Assembly: GCA_030698805.1 (NCBI GenBank)
Contig: JAUYMA010000008.1
Span: 22,266-86,265 of the forward strand
DNA: 64,000 nt
Source: Nanobdellota archaeon
GTDB lineage: Archaea; Nanobdellota; Nanobdellia; Pacearchaeales; GW2011-AR1
Reading direction: 5' to 3'
In this document: positions 27,099 to 36,262 of the stretch, one piece after another
Layout: every line of letters begins with the position of its first letter
How positions within the stretch are numbered: position 1 is the stretch's first letter
Made by a program: the position numbers and the translations under genes
The notes under the pieces: model-generated
Databases searched by the model: none
Seen by the model: the letters and a program-made list of their open reading frames with translations, nothing else
Told to the model about the DNA's origin: nothing

Positions 27099-27316
27099 AA
27101 CCAAATAAAATAAGAGTTAATATCACAGTAGATAAAGTATTGCTTGACAAGGCAAAAACCAAACTAGATTTATTCGGAGGAAAGCTTAGTACCCTATTCA
27201 ACGCCTACCTGCGAGATTTTGTCGAGACTATGGATAAAGAATATTCTGCAGAGCAGAAGGGAATGAAGCAGAAGATAAAAGAGCTTGAAGAAAGAATAAA
27301 AAAGCTTGAAGATTAA
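27095..27316 (+). CDS. small coiled-coil protein, possible ribbon-helix-helix DNA-binding fold
   Basis: IRVNITVDKVLLDKAK beta-strand/helix start like RHH/CopG; ATGA overlap with EEP gene. Confidence 0.35.
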   Translation: MKPNKIRVNITVDKVLLDKAKTKLDLFGGKLSTLFNAYLRDFVETMDKEYSAEQKGMKQKIKELEERIKKLED

Positions 27317-27571
27317 TTATTCTTTTGGGGAAATAATTACTTTTGATTTCTTGATCAGGTGAAGATTTGGTTTTATCTTGGAAGCGAGAAACTCCACTTC
27401 CTGAGTAGATAAAGTAACTATCCCCGAACTATTTTTTCCTCTGAAACAAAGAGAAACAGATTCTTTTCCAGGATTCGCAAAGTCCTCGTTTATAAGAATT
27501 TCTTTGATGATTCCTTGGGTTTCAAGCCTCACCATTCCGTCAGAATTCTGCTTTTTTACCTTGACGTCCAT
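27317..27571 (-). CDS. hypothetical protein (84 aa)
   Basis: ORF only. Confidence 0.3.
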   Translation of the reverse strand: MDVKVKKQNSDGMVRLETQGIIKEILINEDFANPGKESVSLCFRGKNSSGIVTLSTQEVEFLASKIKPNLHLIKKSKVIISPKE

Positions 27572-27831
27572 TATTTGATGAGGCCTTTCTTATTTATAAT
27601 AATTTAGAAGGTGCAATATGAATATACCTTTTATTATTTATGAAGGTAGATACTTGTAGATTCTAACATCATAGAATTCGACACTAAAAGATCTTGGAAA
27701 GATATGGCTAAAGTGTATCGCACATGAGTGCTCTCAATTACTCTTTTCTATACTGTAGCAAGACATTGTATACTCATCATCATTGGAAGAATGAAATAAA
27801 AAATAACTCTCCAAAAACTGAATAGAAATAA

Positions 27832-27915
27832 TGCGGGAGGTAGGATTCGAACCTGCGTAAGCACTAAGCTACTGCCACCTCATGGCAGCCCGTTTGACCG
27901 CTCCGGCACTCCCGC
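27832..27915 (-). tRNA. tRNA-Leu (anticodon GAG), intronless
   Basis: Acceptor GCGGGAG/CTCCCGC, anticodon stem CTGCC/GGCAG with loop ATGAGGT, variable arm AGC-TTAGT-GCT, T-arm GCAGG-TTCGAAT-CCTAC (one mismatch). Confidence 0.75.
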
Positions 27916-27960
27916 TTGGGAATGCTAGATAAAATCAATTTAAAAGGTTTTGTAGAGAGT

Positions 27961-28197
27961 TTATATCTTTCTGCTATTGAGAAATACCCCTGTGAATATA
28001 AGTATAAGGGCAATGGTGATATAAACTGCTAAAACTATAGCGTTGTGAAAAATGAGAATTCCGAGAAGAGGTGTTCCGACCTGGACATTTACTGCGTAAT
28101 TGTAAACCTCCTGGGTTTTAATCTCTATAAAATAAGAGGCTAACAGGATAAAAAATATTGCACATCCGGAGATTATGAACCATGTTCCTCTTTTCAT
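27961..28197 (-). CDS. small membrane protein (2 TM)
   Basis: Hydrophobic 78-aa ORF. Confidence 0.3.
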   Translation of the reverse strand: MKRGTWFIISGCAIFFILLASYFIEIKTQEVYNYAVNVQVGTPLLGILIFHNAIVLAVYITIALILIFTGVFLNSRKI

Positions 28198-28277
28198 GAT
28201 CTTGGTATGAATGTCTATCTTTTAAAGATTATGAAATTATTCACAAGTTTTATAAATTCCTTTTATTGCATTATCTT

Positions 28278-28682
28278 ATGAATAAGTTACTGATAGGATT
28301 AATAATTGCCTTGATTGTAGGCACAGGTCTTTTTGCTTTCTTTTATAAGTCCTCTGCTGACATGACTGGCAAAACAGTTTTTGAAGAAGATAATGTTAAA
28401 GTTTTTGAAGTGGATAGTGCAAACTTAAAATTCTATATAAATGGAGTTGAAAATCCTGATATGAAGGTAAAAATGGGAGACATGGTAAGAGTAAATTTCA
28501 AGAGCAGCGAAGGATATCATGATTGGGTTCTTGAGGGTTACAATGTGAGTACGGTGAAAATAAATCCGGGAAACACTGCTTCTGTTGGATTTGTGGCAGA
28601 TAAAAAAGGAACCTTCTCTTATTATTGTAGTGTGGGCAAGCATCGACAGAATGGAATGGAAGGCAATTTCATTGTAGAGTAA
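28278..28682 (+). CDS. membrane-anchored blue copper protein (cupredoxin, plastocyanin/halocyanin-like)
   Basis: Type-1 Cu ligand pattern H (GYHDW) ... C-x2-H-x4-M (YYCSVGKHRQNGM); N-terminal TM anchor. Confidence 0.65.
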   Translation: MNKLLIGLIIALIVGTGLFAFFYKSSADMTGKTVFEEDNVKVFEVDSANLKFYINGVENPDMKVKMGDMVRVNFKSSEGYHDWVLEGYNVSTVKINPGNTASVGFVADKKGTFSYYCSVGKHRQNGMEGNFIVE

Positions 28683-28759
28683 GCAAATTCGAGAGATAAT
28701 ATCTTTTTTGGAATACGAATCTTTAAATACCAAGCTTCAATTCTTTAGAAGTAAAAAAG

Positions 28760-28984
28760 ATGGCTAAAAAATGTATTTATTGCAAAGCAAATGTTGATGA
28801 TCAATCAGTTATAGATTTCTGCGAGAGATGTGGAGTAGGAGTATGGGGTGAAAAAATGTTCAAAACCATTAAAGAAAGCATGGAAAAAGCAAGAGATTCT
28901 GGAGACTTAAACCAGGGGTCTGTCTCAGATTCTTTCCATGGATCACGAGATACCCGAAATATGTCTTCTAGGAAAGTTTTTTAA
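28760..28984 (+). CDS. small zinc-ribbon protein
   Basis: CIYC...CERC pairs at N-terminus. Confidence 0.35.
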   Translation: MAKKCIYCKANVDDQSVIDFCERCGVGVWGEKMFKTIKESMEKARDSGDLNQGSVSDSFHGSRDTRNMSSRKVF

Positions 28985-29006
28985 ACTAATCTTTTTAGGT
29001 AACTAT

Positions 29007-29264
29007 ATGCCGACACAGAAAATTAACGCCAAGAGCTTCTCCTTACGGAGATTCTTCCAAGAATTCAAAGAAGGTGATTTTGTAGCGGTGTCTCCCCAAG
29101 CAAGCGTCCCATTTAATTATTCTAATAGGATTAAAGGAAAAACCGGCAGGGTATTGGCTAAAAGAGGGTCTGCTTACTATATAGAAGTTAAAGAGTTGAA
29201 TAAACCTAAAAGGTACTTACTCAGGCCCATTCATCTTAAGAAAATAGAGGTTGCTAAAAAATGA
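29007..29264 (+). CDS. rpl21e: ribosomal protein L21e (eL21)
   Basis: GDFVAVSPQASVPFNYSNRIKGKTGRVLAKRGSAYYIEVKELNKPKRYLLRPIHLKKIE matches eL21; start at MPTQK. Confidence 0.75.
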   Translation: MPTQKINAKSFSLRRFFQEFKEGDFVAVSPQASVPFNYSNRIKGKTGRVLAKRGSAYYIEVKELNKPKRYLLRPIHLKKIEVAKK

Positions 29265-29560
29265 TATTAAATAGTAAACCTCTCACATTAACTGAGGCGA
29301 AATCATACTATAAGGAAGGGGAAGACAAAAAACCAATAGATGAATATTTCAAAGCTTTCCTTAAATTGTCAAAAGAAGACGCAGATAAATTGGGCGAAGA
29401 AATTAGAAGCTTGAATAATCCAAAACTAAAAGAAGAAGATATAGTAAAGATTGTTGACTTCGTGCCGAAAGATCTAGAAGATTTAAATAAAATTGTTCTT
29501 GATGCAAGTTTAAATGAGGGAGAAGTAAATGCTATTCTGGATATCACCAAGAAATATTGA
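29261..29560 (+). CDS. rpoF: RNA polymerase subunit Rpo4/RpoF (Rpb4-like)
   Basis: Position in the conserved L21e-RpoF-DUF655 archaeal cluster; helical HRDC-like composition; sequence similarity modest. Confidence 0.55.
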   Translation: MILNSKPLTLTEAKSYYKEGEDKKPIDEYFKAFLKLSKEDADKLGEEIRSLNNPKLKEEDIVKIVDFVPKDLEDLNKIVLDASLNEGEVNAILDITKKY

Positions 29561-30102
29561 AAATGACGACAAAAGAAGACTTTGCAATAATACTAGATTA
29601 TCTACCTTACGGATATCCTATGGGTGGAAAGATGAATCCTGTAGTCCAAGCTATAGGTGAAAAACATCTTGCCCTCCTCGAGCTTGTTCCAAGAAGAGGC
29701 ATCACTTTAAATCCTCAGGAAAAGGTTTATATAGGTCCGGATAAGAGAGATAAGATATACTTCATTGCGGGAAGATTGTCCCGAGAGAAGTTGACAGAGA
29801 CTGCAAAGATCCAACTGCAGGAATTTATATCCAAAACGGTTGCGGAGCAGGAGAAGAAATTCATAGATTTCTTTAACAATGCTCAGGCAATTAACACCCG
29901 TTTACATCAGATAGAATTAATTCCTGGTTTTGGGAAAAAACATACTCAAGAGATCCTACAAGAAAGGGAAAAGAAACCTTTCGAATCTTTTGAGGATATA
30001 AAGAACCGAGTTAAAAATCTGCCCGATCCTAAAAAAGCAGTTGAGAAGAGGATTGTGGAAGAATTGCTGGAAAGACAGAGATTTAACTTATTTGTAAGCT
30101 AA
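29557..30102 (+). CDS. DUF655-family archaeal protein (HhH-containing, RNA/DNA-binding)
   Basis: Conserved neighbourhood; IELIPGFGKKHTQEILQER helix-hairpin-helix. Confidence 0.6.
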   Translation: MKMTTKEDFAIILDYLPYGYPMGGKMNPVVQAIGEKHLALLELVPRRGITLNPQEKVYIGPDKRDKIYFIAGRLSREKLTETAKIQLQEFISKTVAEQEKKFIDFFNNAQAINTRLHQIELIPGFGKKHTQEILQEREKKPFESFEDIKNRVKNLPDPKKAVEKRIVEELLERQRFNLFVS

Positions 30103-30103
30103 A

Positions 30104-30634
30104 ATGAGCGATAAACAGAAAACAGAAAAGCCAAGTAAAGGCGATAAAGTTGAGAAGGCCGATAAAACTGAAAAGAAGAAATACGAGCCAAAAGAAGAAT
30201 CCAATGAGATGCTGATAAGAATCATGGGCAATGACATCCCGGGTTCAAAGAGCGTTTTTGTAGGTCTAACAAAGATTAAAGGTGTTTCCTGGGCTATTGC
30301 AAATGCCACAGTAATAAAGTTAGGCATCCCTAAAACAAAAAAAATATCTGAACTTTCCAAAGAAGATATAAGTAAAATAGAGACATTTATGAAGAAAATT
30401 GATGTTTATGATTTCTTAAAGAATAGGAGAAAAGATTTAGAGACTGGAGAGACTAAACACTATTATGGATCAGACTTGGACATAAGAAGAGAATTTGATA
30501 TCAAGCGTATGAAGGAGATGAAGAGCTACAAAGGGTTAAGACATGCCTCTAAACTGCCTGTAAGAGGACAGAGAACAAGATCACACTTTAGAAGAAAAGG
30601 AGCTGCAATGGGGGTAAAGAAAAAGAAAAAATAA
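30104..30634 (+). CDS. rps13: ribosomal protein S13 (uS13) with Lys/Glu-rich N-extension
   Basis: MLIRIMGNDIPGSKSVFVGLTKIKGV...YKGLRHASKLPVRGQRTRSHFRRKG. Confidence 0.9.
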   Translation: MSDKQKTEKPSKGDKVEKADKTEKKKYEPKEESNEMLIRIMGNDIPGSKSVFVGLTKIKGVSWAIANATVIKLGIPKTKKISELSKEDISKIETFMKKIDVYDFLKNRRKDLETGETKHYYGSDLDIRREFDIKRMKEMKSYKGLRHASKLPVRGQRTRSHFRRKGAAMGVKKKKK

Positions 30635-30637
30635 ACC

Positions 30638-31153
30638 ATGATAAGAAAGAAAAGTAGATACGTAAAACCTAGAAAATTATATATTAAAGATAGAATTAAA
30701 GAGGAAAATGTTTTAGTGAGCAAATATGCTCTAAAGAGCAAGACTGAAATCTGGAAGACTGCTGCTAAAATTAATTATTTCAGAAAGAGAGCAATGGCTC
30801 TTGCAAAATCTTCCAGAGAAGAACAACAAATACTATTCAATAAGTTAAAAACAATCGGATTGAAAATAGATACTACTGCAGATGTTCTAGCTCTAAAGAC
30901 TGAAGACTTATTGGAAAGGAGACTTCCAATGGTAGTTTTCAAGAAAGGCTTGGCTCAGACTCCTCAACAAGCTAGACAAATGATAGTCCATAAAAAAGTG
31001 CTTATCGAGGATAAAATTGTGAATGTTCCTAGTTACATAGTTTCACTACAAGAAGAATCTTCAATAACTGTTAAACCTGCTAAACAAAAAAAGTTGGTAG
31101 AGAAGAAAGAAGAGACCGTTGAAACTAGCAATCCTCCTGAGGTAGCTCAATAA
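30638..31153 (+). CDS. rps4: ribosomal protein S4 (uS4)
   Basis: MIRKKSRYVKPRKLY N-terminus; S4 domain LERRLPMVVFKKGLAQTPQQARQMIVHKKVLIEDKIVNVPSY. Confidence 0.9.
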   Translation: MIRKKSRYVKPRKLYIKDRIKEENVLVSKYALKSKTEIWKTAAKINYFRKRAMALAKSSREEQQILFNKLKTIGLKIDTTADVLALKTEDLLERRLPMVVFKKGLAQTPQQARQMIVHKKVLIEDKIVNVPSYIVSLQEESSITVKPAKQKKLVEKKEETVETSNPPEVAQ

Positions 31154-31154
31154 A

Positions 31155-31640
31155 ATGGCTGAAGAAGAAAAAGCAAAAATGGCTGAAGAAAAAATAAGCT
31201 CTGAAGGAAAAGTAGACTCAAAAGCTGAAGAAGGCGCTACCGAGATAGTTGAAGAAGTAAAGAAAGATGAAAGGCCTGCTATCGCCTATATTTATAGCAC
31301 TCAAAACAATACTTTTGTCCATATGACTGACTTGGCTGGAAATACATTATCCCGAGTTAGTGGGGGAATGGTGACCAAGCATAGCAGATTAAAAGCGGAT
31401 CCAACTGTAGCAATGTTCGTTGCAAAGAAAGCGGCTTCAAGAGCAAAAGACTTGGGCATAACCGCATTATATATTAGAACAAGAGCAAAGACTGGAAGTA
31501 TTGGCATGGGATCTGGAGCGCATGCGGCAGTTAAAAGCTTGAGCAAAGAAGGGTTTAGAATAATCAATATTCTTGATGCAACAAGAGTTGCACGAGGTGG
31601 GCCTAAGAAGAAAGGAGGTAAGAGAGGAAGAAGAGTCTAA
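31155..31640 (+). CDS. rps11: ribosomal protein S11 (uS11) with N-extension
   Basis: IAYIYSTQNNTFVHMTDLAGN...GMGSGAHAAVKSLSKEGFRIINILDATRVARGG. Confidence 0.9.
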   Translation: MAEEEKAKMAEEKISSEGKVDSKAEEGATEIVEEVKKDERPAIAYIYSTQNNTFVHMTDLAGNTLSRVSGGMVTKHSRLKADPTVAMFVAKKAASRAKDLGITALYIRTRAKTGSIGMGSGAHAAVKSLSKEGFRIINILDATRVARGGPKKKGGKRGRRV

Positions 31641-31703
31641 CCTTCAAAAGACTTAGAATTTTCTAAATGAATTCTAAAGCTTTAAAAGGACTCATTTTTT
31701 ATA

Positions 31704-32405
31704 TTGAATATGGAAGTAATCGAAAAGAAGCCTGAGAAAATTGTTCTCCGAATGGAAGAAAACGAAGTTCTCGCAAATGCCTTAAGAAGAAGCCTTGCAG
31801 AAATCCCCACTCTTGCCATTGATGAAGTCGAGATATACAAAAATGATTCAGCCCTATACGATGAAATAGTGGCCCATCGACTAGGATTGGTCCCATTAAA
31901 GACTGAAAAAGGAATGAGTGAAAAAACTCAAATAGACTTAAAATTAACAAAGACAGGCCCTTGCACGGTTTATTCTGGAGATCTAAAGGGGAATGCGGAG
32001 ATCGTATTTGACAACATTCCTATAACTCTTCTTGGAGATGATCAGAAAATAGAGTTAATCGCGACTGCCACTTTAGGGAAAGGTATTGTTCACTCTAAAC
32101 ACACTCCAGGTTTATGCTATTACAGGCATATTTTGGAAGTCAAATCAACTCCTGAAATAGATAAAATTATACAAAAATCTAAAGCATTAATCAAACCTGA
32201 GAAAAAGGGCAGTAAATGGATTGCAGATTTGAATGAGGCCGAGCAAGAAGCTATAAATGCCCTTGATGGGGATGCTATTAAAGATTCTAATGAACTTGTA
32301 TTTATCATAGAATCATTTGGCCAGATGGAAGCTAAAGACCTCCTATTAAAAGCTATTTCTGCATTGGAAGAAAATTTGGAAGACTTTGAAAAAGCGATAA
32401 AGTAA
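31704..32405 (+). CDS. rpoD: DNA-directed RNA polymerase subunit D (Rpo3)
   Basis: [45 protein letters not shown]; only 2 Cys, so no 4Fe-4S domain. Confidence 0.85.
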   Translation: MNMEVIEKKPEKIVLRMEENEVLANALRRSLAEIPTLAIDEVEIYKNDSALYDEIVAHRLGLVPLKTEKGMSEKTQIDLKLTKTGPCTVYSGDLKGNAEIVFDNIPITLLGDDQKIELIATATLGKGIVHSKHTPGLCYYRHILEVKSTPEIDKIIQKSKALIKPEKKGSKWIADLNEAEQEAINALDGDAIKDSNELVFIIESFGQMEAKDLLLKAISALEENLEDFEKAIK

Positions 32406-32453
32406 TGGTTGAAAGCTTTATATACTAAGTTTTATAGTGTTTTTTAGCGTAAA

Positions 32454-35249
32454 ATGGAAGTCAAATCAGAGGAACAAATTATAAGAGAGAGAAAAGAAAA
32501 ATTTATTGCGCTTATTAAAACCAATTATAATTGGATTGCTTACATCCTATTAGCGTTTATCGTCTGGATCGCTGTTAAAATCAGGATGGCTCCGATGAAG
32601 ATCAACCCTGCTACAGGAAAACCGGGTTTATGGGATATAACTCGCGACCATTGGACTCTTGGACCTGACTTAGACCCTTTCTTATTCTTACGATGGGCTA
32701 AAGAAATAATCCAGAACGGCTCTTTGATGCCTTGGGATTCGTTGAGATATGTTCCTTTAGGCTATGATACTGCTGGAGAATTAATTTTACTTCCATATTC
32801 TATTGCCTGGTTCCATAAATTTATTAATTGGTTTGGCAATTACTCTATTGAGTATTCTGCAGTTTTATACCCGGTATTTATGTTCGCTCTAACTGTCATT
32901 GCATTCTTTTTCTTAACGAGAAAAATATTTGTTGAGATAACTGGGAAAGTAAGCGCGAATATTATCGCACTTATAGCTTCTTTCTTCCTCGCAGTTTTGC
33001 CCTCTTTATTGCCTAGAACAATTGCCGGCATTCCTGAAAAAGAATCTGCAGCATTCCTTTTCCTATTCCTGGCATTTTACTTTTTCATCTCTGCTTGGAA
33101 AACCGAGAAACAAACAAAATCTATTATGCTTGCAGTCTTAGCCGGCGCCTCAACTGCGGCCATGGCACTTATCTGGGGAGGCTATCTTTATGCATTTCTT
33201 ACTATTGGAGTAGCATCTTTCTTGGCTTTCTTCTTAGGGAAAGTAGATAGAAATAAATTTTACATTTATGGGGCTTGGCTACTTTCTTCTCTAATTTTGA
33301 TGTATCCTTTCTCAACTCGTTATGCTCCTAAAGAAATAGTCAGCTCTACAACCACGCTTATCCCAATTGCTATATTTTTTATTATGCTAATTCATTTTAT
33401 TATTTTTGAGACCAAACTGAGAGGACATATTGAAAAGAGAAAAGGCTTGGATAAAGTGCCGCGACAGTTGATTACTTTAATTTTATCAGGAATCTTAGGA
33501 ATTATTTTAGTTTCATTTATTTTCGGACCTAGTTTCTTTATCCATACTGCTAAAGATATAGCTAAGACGATGATTGTACCAGTTACTGATAGACTGGGAG
33601 TTACAGTTGCAGAAAATAGGCAGCCTTATTTTGCAGAATGGGCCAATAGCTTTGGGCCTTCTTTATCGGATATGATTAGTTTTGGAGGCCTTGTCAAATT
33701 AAGCGAGGGTTCTGCGGTTGCACTATCTAAATTCCCCATTATATTCTGGTTATTTTTCATAGGTTCGATCTATCTTTTCTTTGCAATGTTCCACAAATTT
33801 GAAATAAAAGAGAGGGGCATGATGACTGTTGCATATGCGGTATTCTTAATTTGTTTAATTTTTAGTAGATATTCTCCTGAAAGTCAATTTAACGGCACTA
33901 ATGGAATTAGCACTTTTGTATATGGTCTAGGATTTATTATATTACTTGCGACTCTCGGATTCTACTATTATAAAGAACACCAAAGTGGGAAAAACCGATT
34001 AAAGAGCATTGATTTTGGATTAATTCTACTTTTTATTTTCTTCTTCTTGAGCATCGTTTCTGCAAGAGGATCTGTAAGAACTATTATGGTCCTGGTCCCT
34101 ACCGCGGCTATCCTTGCCTCTTATTTTGTCGTGACTTTATTCAGCGACCTAAGAAAGAACAAAGATTCTTCTGGCAAAGTCTTCATCTGGATATTTGCAG
34201 TATTTGTGGCCCTCTCAATTATTTTTGCAGGATATGCATATTACAATGGCAGTTCATCTTTAGCTAAAGTCTATATTCCTAGCCCATATACCTATCAATG
34301 GCAACAGGCCATGGATTGGGTAAGAGATAATACTCCTCAGGGCTCGGTTTTCGGCCACTGGTGGGACTACGGATATTGGGTGCAGACTATGGGTGAGAGA
34401 GCGACTGTATTAGATGGGGGCAACGCTATTGTTTATTGGAACCATTTAATGGGGCGATATGCTTTGACTGGTGCCAACAATACTGAAGCTTTGGAATTCC
34501 TTTACTCCCATAACACTACTCACTTTATCATAGATTCTTCAGACATTGGCAAGTATGGAGCTTTCTCTAGCATAGGATCTGATGTTAATTATGACCGGAG
34601 GAGTTGGATTAGCACTTTCCAAAGAGATGACCGGCAAAGTAGAGAAACTAAAAATTCCACAGTTTATCTTTTCGTTGGAGGCACTCCTCTAGATGATGAC
34701 ATAATTTACAATCTCAATGGGTCAAGAATAATTCTGCCTGCCGGTCGTGCTGGAGTAGCTGCGATAATTCTAGAGTTCGATGCCAATGGCAGTTTGGTAA
34801 GCCAGCCAGAAGGAGTATTTGTATACAATCAGAATCAATACAGGCTTCCATTAAGATACGCTTATGTAAATAAGAAATTCCTTGATTTTGGAAGCGGGGT
34901 GGAATCGGGAGTGTTTACAATAGCTGCTCTCAGTAATTCTGCACAAGGCCTTACAGTAGAGAAGAACGTTGCTTTGTTATATCTTTCAAGCAGAACAGTT
35001 AAGTCTCAACTTGCAAGACTTTATTTGTATAAAGAAGATAATCCTAACTTCAAGTTAGTTCATTCACAAGATGAAATGCTTGTGGCCCAATTGAAGGCGC
35101 AATACGGATTTGATGAAGACTTTATCTTTTATGGAGATTTCAGAGGCCCTCTGAGAATATGGGAGATAAATTATCCTAATGGAATGAAAGTTAATTCTGA
35201 ATATGTTCGAACATCTTACCCTGATGTGAGATTGTCAATCGCACAATGA
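32454..35249 (+). CDS. aglB: oligosaccharyltransferase AglB (STT3 family)
   Basis: 13 TM N-terminal domain plus WWDYGYW catalytic motif (GHWWDYGYWVQTMGERATVLDGGN) plus C-terminal periplasmic domain. Confidence 0.88.
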   Translation: MEVKSEEQIIRERKEKFIALIKTNYNWIAYILLAFIVWIAVKIRMAPMKINPATGKPGLWDITRDHWTLGPDLDPFLFLRWAKEIIQNGSLMPWDSLRYVPLGYDTAGELILLPYSIAWFHKFINWFGNYSIEYSAVLYPVFMFALTVIAFFFLTRKIFVEITGKVSANIIALIASFFLAVLPSLLPRTIAGIPEKESAAFLFLFLAFYFFISAWKTEKQTKSIMLAVLAGASTAAMALIWGGYLYAFLTIGVASFLAFFLGKVDRNKFYIYGAWLLSSLILMYPFSTRYAPKEIVSSTTTLIPIAIFFIMLIHFIIFETKLRGHIEKRKGLDKVPRQLITLILSGILGIILVSFIFGPSFFIHTAKDIAKTMIVPVTDRLGVTVAENRQPYFAEWANSFGPSLSDMISFGGLVKLSEGSAVALSKFPIIFWLFFIGSIYLFFAMFHKFEIKERGMMTVAYAVFLICLIFSRYSPESQFNGTNGISTFVYGLGFIILLATLGFYYYKEHQSGKNRLKSIDFGLILLFIFFFLSIVSARGSVRTIMVLVPTAAILASYFVVTLFSDLRKNKDSSGKVFIWIFAVFVALSIIFAGYAYYNGSSSLAKVYIPSPYTYQWQQAMDWVRDNTPQGSVFGHWWDYGYWVQTMGERATVLDGGNAIVYWNHLMGRYALTGANNTEALEFLYSHNTTHFIIDSSDIGKYGAFSSIGSDVNYDRRSWISTFQRDDRQSRETKNSTVYLFVGGTPLDDDIIYNLNGSRIILPAGRAGVAAIILEFDANGSLVSQPEGVFVYNQNQYRLPLRYAYVNKKFLDFGSGVESGVFTIAALSNSAQGLTVEKNVALLYLSSRTVKSQLARLYLYKEDNPNFKLVHSQDEMLVAQLKAQYGFDEDFIFYGDFRGPLRIWEINYPNGMKVNSEYVRTSYPDVRLSIAQ

Positions 35250-36262
35250 ACAATTACTTACTGATAATTCCAATTATATTTTCATTTTTTGTAACCTTGT
35301 TTATCTTGCCTTTCTGGATGAGGAAGGCCAGGCAGATTGGACTTGTATGGGATGATATGAATAAGACTGGAAAACAAAAAGTGGCAGGGTCTGGAGGCAT
35401 AATAGCAATATTAGGATTTCTAGTGGGGGCTTTACTGTTTATAGCCTATACAAGATTTTATTTAAAAAGTGCAGATAACCTTATAGAGATATTAGCTTTG
35501 CTTCTGGTAATAGTTATTTTGGCAGTTATTGGATTCATAGATGACCTGCTAGGATGGCAGCATGGAGGATTATCTCGGACATCCAGGCTCATTTTATTTA
35601 TAATCGCCTCTATTCCTTTGATGGTAATAAATGCTGGCAAGCATATAGTCGCATTTCCATTCATAGGAATTATAGATTTGGGCATTCTTTATCCCTTAAT
35701 CCTTATTCCAGTAGGAATAACCGGAGCAGCGGCAACTTATAATTTTCTGGCAGGATTTAACGGGCTAGAAGCTGGGCAAGGCATCATACTTTTATCAGCA
35801 GTAGGATTTGTTGCATTCTTTACAGGCAATTCATGGCTAACCATAATTTGCTTGTGCTTAATTGCTGCCTTGATCGCTTTTCTGCTATATAATTTCTGTC
35901 CTGCCAAGACTTTCCCAGGGGATTCGCTCACCTTGGTCATTGGAGGCATGATTGCAATTGTTGCAATACTAGGCGACTTTGAGAAAATAGCTGTTTTCTT
36001 TTTCATCCCGTACATTATAGAAACTGTCTTGAAGTCTCGAGGAAAGCTAGTAAAACACTCCTTTGGAATTCCAAAAGAGGATGGATCTATTGGTTTGCGA
36101 TACCCTGAAGTTTATGGACTAACGCATGCGGGAATTTATTTACTTGAAAAAGCAGGCATGAAAGCCACAGAAAAGAAGGTCGTTTATTTAATATGGGGCT
36201 TCCAGATAATAGTGATACTTGCAGTGCTGCTTATTTTTAGAGAGGGCATATTCTTGAGATGA
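35246..36262 (+). CDS. aglH: dolichyl/polyprenyl-phosphate N-acetylhexosamine-1-phosphate transferase (GPT/MraY-WecA family, AglH-like)
   Basis: 10-11 TM; WDDMNK...KVAGSGG and DDLLG motifs of the GPT family; ATGA overlap with aglB. Confidence 0.75.
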   Translation: MNNYLLIIPIIFSFFVTLFILPFWMRKARQIGLVWDDMNKTGKQKVAGSGGIIAILGFLVGALLFIAYTRFYLKSADNLIEILALLLVIVILAVIGFIDDLLGWQHGGLSRTSRLILFIIASIPLMVINAGKHIVAFPFIGIIDLGILYPLILIPVGITGAAATYNFLAGFNGLEAGQGIILLSAVGFVAFFTGNSWLTIICLCLIAALIAFLLYNFCPAKTFPGDSLTLVIGGMIAIVAILGDFEKIAVFFFIPYIIETVLKSRGKLVKHSFGIPKEDGSIGLRYPEVYGLTHAGIYLLEKAGMKATEKKVVYLIWGFQIIVILAVLLIFREGIFLR

